From: an uncultured delta proteobacterium
Lineage (GTDB): Bacteria; Desulfobacterota; Binatia; UBA9968
Direction of reading: 5' to 3'
NCBI GenBank assembly: GCA_963745835.1
Contig: CAVUZH010000024.1
Coordinates: forward strand, 160,001-224,000
Length of the DNA: 64,000 nt
Each line of letters opens with the position of its first letter. Position 1 is the first letter of the stretch. Under the pieces are notes generated by a model. The model searched no databases, was not told where the DNA came from, and saw only the letters and a list, made by a program, of their open reading frames with translations. Positions 55,908 to 64,000 of this stretch are shown here, one piece after another. A program made the translations under genes and the position numbers.

Positions 55908-57255
55908 ATGAAAAATCTTAGACTTAAAAGCGCAATCGCTCTTTCATTCGCTCTGTCGGCGTGCAGTTTGGCGCCGCAATACCAACGTCCGCAGATCGCC
56001 ATGCCGGCGGGCTGGACCAACGTTGCCGGCGTCGGCGTCAGTGATCAGCCGGCGACAGTGCCGTTTTGGCAGGAGCTTGGCAGTGACGAGTTGAACAACA
56101 TCATGAAAATGGCGCTGGCGCAGAATCTCGATCTCGAGGCCGCGCTGCATCGCATCGATCAGGCGCGCGCGCAAACCAAAATTGCCGGCTCCTCGCTCTT
56201 TCCTCAGATCGAAGCCAGCGTCGGCGCATCGCGCAGTTTTCAAGACCCGAGAAACGTCAGCACGGCACGCGGAATCGGCAGTATCAGCTATGAAGTCGAT
56301 CTCTGGGGCAGAAATCGCAGCAACAGAACAGCGGCTAATTATCGGGCTGAGGCCACGGCATTCGATCGGGACGCGCTCCAGCTTGTCGTCACTTCGGACA
56401 CCGCCGACTTTTACAGCCAGGTGCTTAGCTTGAACGAGCGCATCCGCATCGCTGAAAGCAATTTGAAAAATGCCGAAGAAGTGCTGCGGATTATCGAAGC
56501 CCGCTATAAGGCCGGCAGCGTCTCCGGCTTGGAGGTCTCACAGCAGCGGGTGGCCGTGAACAGTTTCCGCGCCTCGCTGGCCTCACTCAATGAACAGCGC
56601 AGCACGACACCTTAATGCTTTGGCAATACTCCTCGGCCAGGCGCCGCAAAATCTGCAAGCACCTCAGGATACGCTCGCTTCGCTCAAAGTCCCTGACGTA
56701 AACTTGACCCCGCCGGCAACGCTCCTTACTGCGCGCCCGGATATCGAGAGAGCCGAAGCAACTCTGCGCGCGGCTAATGCCGACATCGGCGCTGCGCGTG
56801 CGGCTTTCTTTCCCTCTTTGAACTTTGGCTTGGATGCCAGCATGGCGGCGGGATTCGGCGGACCTGCGGCCGCGGCAGTATCGCTGGCCAGCAGCGCGCT
56901 TGCGCCGATCTTCACCGGTGGCCGTCTTACGGGGAATCTCGAAGACGTCACCGCGCGGCAAAAAGAATTGGCGGCTCAATATCAGAAAACCGTGCTGGTG
57001 GCATTTCAAGAAGTCGAAGACGCCCTCGCCGCCTACAAGAACGTTAACGAGCAAGCCGTGATCTCACGCGAATCCGTCAAGGAATCACAAGCCGCCTACG
57101 ACATCGCCAAAGCCCGTTTCGATGCCGGCGCCATCGATTATCTGAATCTGCTGGAAACTCAGCGCAGCCTCTACCAAGCGCAGGACAATCAGATCGCGGT
57201 CTATCAGGATCAAATCGCAGCGTTTGTGCAGTTGCGAAAAGCGCTTGGAGCGTAA
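55908..57255 (+). CDS. Outer-membrane efflux factor (NodT/TolC family lipoprotein), one frameshift near 56609
   Basis: Lipobox LSA-C; SYEVDLWG; RPDI..AE; AFQEVEDAL. Confidence 0.88.
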
Positions 57256-57271
57256 GTCGCGCGACTTACAT

Positions 57272-57665
57272 AGTTCAACCGTTCAACAGTTCAATGGTTC
57301 AAGGTCAGAGCGCCGCAGGCGAACCGGTTCGAATTGTTTCAACCGTTCCAAGTGTTCCAGCCGTCAAGCCGTTAAGACCGATCGGGCGGATAACCGTACA
57401 TAGGTTTCTTTCTGCCGAGGAATTTCTGCGCTGCCGAAGGACTGTTCCAGTGAACGAAGAGTCGTAGCCTTGGCCGTTCAGCAAGAATCAACTGAATTCT
57501 GAAACCGGTGTTGAACTTCAACGTGAAGTTCGATCTCGTCTATGTCTAAACTTCCTGATTCCGAGTGGTATGTTTACCTAGGCTGGTGATCAACGGATGT
57601 TGCACTTCAAACGACTGAACGTTTTGACGGCTGGAACGAGTGGAACCCTGGAACGTTTGGAACCA
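57272..57665. repeat. GTTCAA-array inverted element B
   Basis: gttcaacc-gttcaaca-gttcaatg-gttcaagg then gttcca units on the left; tgaac/tggaac units on the right; the 14-mer gttccagccgtcaa is exactly inverted. Confidence 0.7.
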
Positions 57666-57684
57666 TTCCGAGCAGGAGGTTCGC

Positions 57685-58020
57685 ATGCCCGAGCAAATCA
57701 CCAAATATCCCGACATCACCCTGCAGGTCTTAAGAGAAGCCGGCGCCGTTTGCGGCAAAGGGGCGCCGCAAAAAATTCTCAAACAGTGTCCCGCTGATCG
57801 CTTCTGTTCCCTGCCCACAGGTGAGATGTGCATCTATGGCATCAAGGACATCCCGCGAATGACCCAGATCGCGCCGGCTGAACTGGCCCAAGTGGTTTGT
57901 CCGCTGACACCCAAAGGAGCAAGCTTTGCAGCGGGATTCTCAGGGCTGGAGGCAGCGATGATTGGCGCCATTTTTCTGGGCGGTCTCGCGGTTGGAAAAG
58001 TCTGGCGGAAGCGCGCTTAG
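57685..58020 (+). CDS. Cys-rich small protein with a C-terminal membrane anchor, unknown function
   Basis: AGGAGG RBS; five Cys; hydrophobic tail followed by KVWRKRA. Confidence 0.7.
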   Translation: MPEQITKYPDITLQVLREAGAVCGKGAPQKILKQCPADRFCSLPTGEMCIYGIKDIPRMTQIAPAELAQVVCPLTPKGASFAAGFSGLEAAMIGAIFLGGLAVGKVWRKRA

Positions 58021-58028
58021 CGCGCTTC

Positions 58029-58249
58029 CGTTCAAGAGTTCGATAGTTCAACCGTTCAACGCAGGGGCTCGGAGCGGAAGCAGTTCCCAATTACATAAAG
58101 TTTTAAGTGTTCCGTCGCTCAGAATGAAGATGCGGAGTCGTTGAATGATCAACCGACTTCTGTTGATCTGCCTGCTCCGCGTCATCCGTTTTTTCAAGAG
58201 ATCCTGCTATTTTTTCTTCGTTGAATTTTTGAACTGTTGAACCTTGAAC
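58029..58249. repeat. GTTCAA-array inverted element C
   Basis: gttcaaga-gttcgata-gttcaacc-gttcaacg faces ttgaattt-ttgaactg-ttgaacc-ttgaac. Confidence 0.7.
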
Positions 58250-58303
58250 AAAGTTTTAAGTTGACCTATCGTCTGGGGCACTAACGCAGTTCGGGGGTTA
58301 AGC

Positions 58304-59227
58304 ATGTCTGTTGATTCTGCCGCCTCTCAAACAAATCAAACCAAAGGCCCGCTGGTCTGGCTCGACATGGACCAGAAAGAACTCGATGACGCGTACAACC
58401 AATCCGTCTATGCGCCTAATCAGGAGCAAGTCGCCAAGCGGCGCCGATTGGCAAGCGAAGCTGCAATCAAACGGCTTGCGCCGGCCCTACGTCTCTCCTA
58501 TGGTCCGAGTGAAATCGAGAAACTCGACATCTACAGGACCTCGCGCCGTAACGCGCCAATCATGGTCTTTACTCATGGCGGCGCCTGGCGCAACGGATCG
58601 GCAAAAGATTTTGCTTTCCAGGCCGAGGTGTTTATCAACGCCGGAGCCCATTACGTCGTCCTTGACTTTGCCGCGATACACGAAGTCGGCGGCAATCTTA
58701 TGGTGATGGCGGATCAGGTGCGACGCGCGGTCGCATGGGTGTACAAGAACGCGGAAACCTTCGGCGGCGATCGCAACCGTCTTTATGTAGCTGGCCACTC
58801 CTCGGGCGCGCATCTCACCGGCGTGATCCTGGTGACCGATTGGCGCCGGGACTTCGATTTACCAGCGGACATTATCAAAGGGGGATTATGTGTCAGCGGC
58901 ATGTATGATTTAAAACCGGTACGGCTGTCAGCGCGTAGCAAATATGTAAAATTCGACGACCTCACCGAAGAAGCGCTCAGCTCTCAACGACATCTCGAAT
59001 ATTTAAATTGTCCGATCACGGTTGGCTACGGCTCCCAGGAGACACCGGAGTTCCAGCGTCAGGGGCGCGAGTTTGCCGCGGCGGTCAAAGCTGCCGGCAA
59101 GCCTGTGCAGTTGATCGTCGGCGAAGGCTTCAATCATTTCGAAATGCAAGAGACGTTCGGCAATCCCTATGGACTGGCTGGCCGCGCCGCACTGGAACTG
59201 ATGAATTTGCAGACGCGCTCATCATAG
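58304..59227 (+). CDS. Arylformamidase-like alpha/beta hydrolase
   Basis: HGGAW, GHSSG, SGMYDL, ETPEF, NHF. Confidence 0.87.
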   Translation: MSVDSAASQTNQTKGPLVWLDMDQKELDDAYNQSVYAPNQEQVAKRRRLASEAAIKRLAPALRLSYGPSEIEKLDIYRTSRRNAPIMVFTHGGAWRNGSAKDFAFQAEVFINAGAHYVVLDFAAIHEVGGNLMVMADQVRRAVAWVYKNAETFGGDRNRLYVAGHSSGAHLTGVILVTDWRRDFDLPADIIKGGLCVSGMYDLKPVRLSARSKYVKFDDLTEEALSSQRHLEYLNCPITVGYGSQETPEFQRQGREFAAAVKAAGKPVQLIVGEGFNHFEMQETFGNPYGLAGRAALELMNLQTRSS

Positions 59228-59435
59228 ACGATAGTCGCGCTGCAGAGTCTCATTGCGGCTAGCTGCCGAAGTTCAGCATCGACGCTCTTTCCCGCAAACT
59301 TTTAGGTCGTGGTATTCATCAGCCGGTGGATTGAAAATATTTACCCTAGGAGGTGTTCATTAACCCCATCTGATCCGCTATCATAGAAACCCAAGTTCCC
59401 CACAGGCTCAGGTCCAAAGCCAGTAAGATCTGTTG

Positions 59436-62400
59436 ATGCCTAAAAACGATGTCAAGAGCAGGTTACGCGCGATAGCTGCGATCCTCGCGCTCGCCACCAT
59501 CTATTTTTGCGCCGGAATCTTCGGGTTATCCCTGGCTTTTAAAAATCCCAATGCTTCTGCGGTCTGGCCATCCAGCGGTATTGCGCTCGCAGCGATTCTC
59601 GTCTGGGGTTTTAGGCTTTGGCCGGGCATTCTTCTGGGAGCGTTTTTTGTAAACTTCGCCACCCAAGGATCGCTCTGGACGGCGCTCGGCATAGCCGCAG
59701 GCAATACCTCCGAAGCGCTTCTGGCAGCGATGTTGTTAGCTCGCTTTGCCCAGGGCGCCAATGTTTTTAATCGCACTAGAAACATTCTCACTTTCATATT
59801 TCTCGCCGGTATCATCAGCACTGCTGTCGGCGCCACCATGGGGACGATCACTTTGTATCTCGGCGGCTTCATCGCGCGGCCCGAGTTCTCGACTGTTTGG
59901 CTGACATGGTGGCTCGGCGACGCGGTGGGAAATCTGATTATCACTCCTCTGCTGCTCATGTGGCTGACGCAACCGTTATTGCCTGTTCGATCCAGGCATA
60001 TCTTCGAGGCTGCAGGTTTGTTGACGGCGGTGGTTTCGACGTCGGCGCTGCTGTTTCTCAATCCGGTTCCCGCTGGCTTGGAGTATTTTGCTCTCGGACC
60101 GCTACTTTGGGCCGCCTTGCGCTTCGGCCGAAGAGGCGCGATCACGGCGGCGTTCGTGACATCAGGGATTGCGCTCTGGGGCACGGTGCGTGATCTCGGG
60201 CCGTTCGCGGAATCGGAGCCGCACGAATCGATATTTTTGCTACAGCTGTTTATCGCCACGATCACGATGACAGCTCTCGTTGTCGCCGTCGGTGGTCTCG
60301 CAACAGCAGCGTTTGGAGCAACGTCTGAGAATAAAAGACGCGGTGAGCCGCATATTGTCTGAAGTTTCGACGATGACCGAGGCGGCGCCGCAGATCATCA
60401 AGGCTATCTGTGAAACCGCCGCCTGGGATTTCGGCGCATTATGGCTCGTCGAGCGAAGTTCTAACGTACTCACTTGTGTCGACATGTGGTGCCTGCCTTC
60501 TATTGATGTGTCGGGATTTGCGGCGGTTACCCGTGAGATCAAGTTCGCTCCCGGTATAGGTCTTCCGGGACGCGTCTGGGATAGCGCTACGCCGGCTTGG
60601 ATTACCGATGTGCTCAAAGACAATAATTTCCCGCGCGCGCCGGTAGCGATCAGCGTAGGCTTTCATGGAGCTGTCGGTTTTCCGATCAAACTCGATAACG
60701 AGGTTTTTGGCGTGCTGGAGTTTTTCAGCCGCGAAACTAAAGAACGAGATTACGAGTTTCAGGAGATGGTCGCCAATCTCGGCACACAGCTCGGCCAGTT
60801 CGTCGAACGCCAGCGCGCCGAGGCCGCGCTGCGCGAAAGTGAAGCGCGACTTCAGCTGGCGTTGTCTGCCGGACAGATGGGCGCTTGGGAATGGAACATA
60901 AACGCGCGCAAAATCACCTGGTCCTCGAGTTTAGAGGTGATCCACGGCCTGAAGCGAGGCAGCTTCGGCGGAGCCTTCGAGGATTTTAAGAAAACCATTC
61001 ATCCGGAAGATCTCGAATCTGTTCTAAGCCAGATTCAGACGACATTGGAAACCCGCAGCGACTACGAGGTCGCCTACCGCATCGTACACCCGGACGGTCA
61101 GATCCGCTGGGTAGAGGCCCTCGCTAGTCTATCTTACGGCGCCGACGGGCGCCCGGAGAAGTTAGCCGGCGTGTGCATGGATATTACCGAAAGCAGACAT
61201 CAGCAAGAAATGCTGCGGCGGCGGACTCGCTCGCTGGAAATTATCAACCGCGTCGGCAACACGCTGGCGGCCGAGTTGGATGTGAAAAAGATTGCGCAAA
61301 TCGTCATCGATGCCGGCCGCGAAATTTCCGGCGCGCAGTTCGGCGCGTTCCTCCACAATGTAGCGGAGGGAGCCGGCGAGTCGTCTCCGCTCTATTCGGT
61401 ATCCGGCGCGTCCTACGAGGTGGTCGACAAATTGATGCCGCGCAACCAACAACTCTTTGGACCGATGTCTATCGGCGGCGTGCTGCGCGTCGGCGATCTC
61501 TTGAATGACTCGCGCTTTGCAATCACTTTGCCTGATCACGGCATCGCCGAAGGCCCCCTGCCGGTGCGCAGTTACCTGTCAGTTCCGGTAAGCTCCCGTT
61601 CGGGAGACGTTATCGGCCGATTAGTATTCGGTCATCCGCAGCCGAATCTCTTTACCGCCGAAGCGGAAAGCATCGTGACCGCCATTGCTGCACAAGCGTC
61701 GGTCGCTTTCGACAATGCTAATCTTTATCAAACGGTTCAGCGGCGTGTCGAAGAGTTTCAAAAGCTAATCGACAGGGCGCCGATTGGTATCGCAGTGGCT
61801 ACCGACGCCGAATCCAAACACATTTGGGGCAATCCGGAATTCATGCGAATGGTCGGAACCGGCGCCGAGCAGAACCTGTCGAAGACCGGCGCCGAGCAAG
61901 ATCGGCTTTTGTTTAAGATTTTCCGCAACGGCATTGAACTCGCCGCGGAAGAGTTACCGATGCAGCGAGCCGCGCGCGAAGGCATCGATGTATTGGATGA
62001 AGAGCTTGAGATCGAGCGGGAAGACGGCACCGTCATCCACGAGCTTTGTCGCGCGACTCCTCTGCGCGACGAGCGCGGCAATGTCCGCGGTTGCATCGGC
62101 ATCTTTTTGAACATCAGCGATCGCAAGCAGGCTGATGCGGCCCTGCAGCGCGCGAAAGACGATCTGGCGAGAGCCAATGAAGGGCTCGAGAAAAGAATTC
62201 AACTGCGCACTGCCGAACTACAGATGGCCAATGCCGCGCTTTTTGCCGAGCGTGAGGAAGAAAAGAGGCTCGAACAGCAGTTGCGACAAGCGCAGAAGAT
62301 GGAAAGCATGGGAACTCTCGCGAGCGGCATTGCGCACGATTTCAATAACATTCTGAACATCATCAAGGGGTATGCATCACTGCTGCCGCAATCCGGAGAG

Positions 62401-63468
62401 GAGCAGCAAATGGCAGCGGAGGCCTTGCAAGTCATCGATGAGACGGTCGAACGCGGAGCAGCCACGGTTCGGCAGCTGCTCGCGCTGGCCCGCGAGAGCA
62501 ACCTTCGTTTCGAGTCCATCGATCTGAATGAAATGTTGGAAAATTTGAAAACCTTGCTGAGTGGAACTCTGCCGAAGACCATCGACATAGAAGTAGATCT
62601 TGAATCCAATCTGCCGCAAGCTATGGCCGATCCCAATCAGCTGCACCAGGTGTTTTTAAACGTTTGTCTCAATGCTCGAGATGCCATGCCGCAGGGCGGA
62701 AAGCTTCGTCTCGTCACCGACATCGTGGCTGGTGTGGAACTTCGCAAGACCTACACCGAAGCGAAAGAGAAATTCTACGCCTGCGTCTCTGTTGAAGATA
62801 CCGGATCGGGAATAGATGAAACCGTGAAGCATCGCATATTCGAACCTTTTTTTACAACCAAGCCACAAGGCCAAGGCAGTGGCCTGGGTCTGGCTGTCGC
62901 TTACGGCATCATAGCCAACCACCGGGGTTTCATCGAAGTAACCAGCCAGCCCGATCGAGGCGCCGCTTTTCGTATCTATCTGCCACTTGCCGAGAAGTCG
63001 CCGTTGAAGCACGAATCGAAGATCTCGAGCCGTCCTGAAGCGCCAGGAACTATTTCGACCGAAGGCCAGCTCGTCCTATTTGTCGACGATGAGAAGAACC
63101 AGGTCAAACTCATGATCGCATATCTTGAATCGGCCGGTTATCGTGTCTTGACAGCGCTTGATGGTGTCGAGGCAGTCGAGACTTTTAGACGGTATAAAGA
63201 CCAAATCGCAGTCGTGGTTCTGGATCTAGGGCTGCCTAAGTTGAATGGCTGGGACGTTCTGAAGCAAATGAAGATCGCCGATCCGACAATAAAACCCATC
63301 CTGGCTTCCGGTTATGTTTCCGCTGAAGTCGAATCTGCATTGGACAACGGCGATCTAAGCGCGGTGATTTTCAAGCCTTACAAACTCGAGGAAATCAAGA
63401 ACGCCGTCGCCGCAGCTGCCGGGGAACGAAGGCCGCTCGATGTCTTGGGGTATTCGACAAATGGCTAG
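59436..63468 (+). CDS. MASE1-GAF-PAS-GAF-PAS hybrid histidine kinase with receiver domain, one frameshift near 60286
   Basis: VWPSSG and WWLGD (MASE1); GLPGRVW (GAF); IHPED (PAS); AHDFNN, PFFTTK; VDDE and DLGLP. Confidence 0.88.
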
Positions 63469-63579
63469 CTATGAGGAAGTATCCAATCCATGATTCTTGC
63501 AAAAAGGTACAATTGTAACCAGGAGTGAGGCACCAACTCGCTTCAAGATCAGTCTCAACAAACCATAGGAGAGCCGACC

Positions 63580-64000
63580 ATGGCCGCGGAATTCATAGAT
63601 TTGTTAAACCTGCCGGAACTGGACATTGGCCACAGTAAAAAAGTTCTGTTCACTTCGGATCACTTTCATACCTGGGTGCATGGCGACTATCCGGGAACCA
63701 AGGGGCCGATGCACAAACACACGGCCGATCAGCAATTCTATTGCGTCAAGGGCGAATGCACGTTTCACTTTCCCGATACTCCGGCAAGAAAACTCACACC
63801 CGGCATGCTCGTGACCATCCCGGCCGGTCAACTCTATCAACTCGATAACACAGGTGACGAGTACATGATCCTGCTCGGGGCGCGCGCCGAGGCCGCCGCT
63901 AAACCGCGTTTCAGCGACAAGGACGAAGTGGTCACCACCGGGGATTATGCGGTGCAGAATCTCGATAAGATCAAAGCGCCGGAGGAGAAGAAAGCTAGAG
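63580..64000 (+). CDS. Cupin-domain protein (runs off the window edge)
   Basis: AGGAG RBS; manual translation MAAEFIDL...PMHKHTADQQFYCVKGE...IPAGQLYQLDNTG. Confidence 0.8.
   Translation, partial: MAAEFIDLLNLPELDIGHSKKVLFTSDHFHTWVHGDYPGTKGPMHKHTADQQFYCVKGECTFHFPDTPARKLTPGMLVTIPAGQLYQLDNTGDEYMILLGARAEAAAKPRFSDKDEVVTTGDYAVQNLDKIKAPEEKKAR

Noticed and set aside
53961-57255. Programmed frameshifting in macB and the OMF gene
   Set aside because: No slippery sequence, and similar indels are scattered through unrelated genes.
57272-58249. GTTCAA arrays as a CRISPR array
   Set aside because: Units are 7-9 bp with no unique 30-40 bp spacers, and there are no cas genes.

Overview
Gene-dense bacterial chromosomal window of moderately high GC. 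I found no rRNA, tRNA, CRISPR array, integrase or transposase. Many orphan NMT1/SsuA-type binding proteins, cupins, F420-type enzymes and a molybdo-flavoprotein resemble Candidatus Binatia / deltaproteobacterial MAGs, but this taxonomy is inference only. Left to right: (1) an uncharacterised operon of three exported c-type cytochromes, two with the RoxA/MauG-type PYLHNGSVP motif, plus a small beta-barrel-like protein, running off the left edge; (2) pmbA-tldD; (3) an archaeal-type (class II) GAPDH-like gene; (4) DUF192, FadF-like Fe-S protein and IclR; (5) trpE-trpG behind an unannotated Trp-Trp leader peptide and attenuator, followed by a free-standing archaeal ThrRS editing domain; (6) a xanthine-dehydrogenase-family trio; (7) DGPF plus ECF42; (8) a stress/glycolysis island (BON, USP, DksA-like, Rv2004c-like, PPi-PFK, gap, CBS) and a second gap; (9) comEC-uvrC-uvrB; (10) an ECF sigma/anti-sigma/periplasmic sensor unit upstream of MacAB-TolC; (11) GTTCAA-repeat inverted elements; (12) a MASE1 hybrid kinase. 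About ten single-base frameshifts break otherwise intact genes and are most likely sequencing errors. All calls come from motif recognition by eye; no database search was run.
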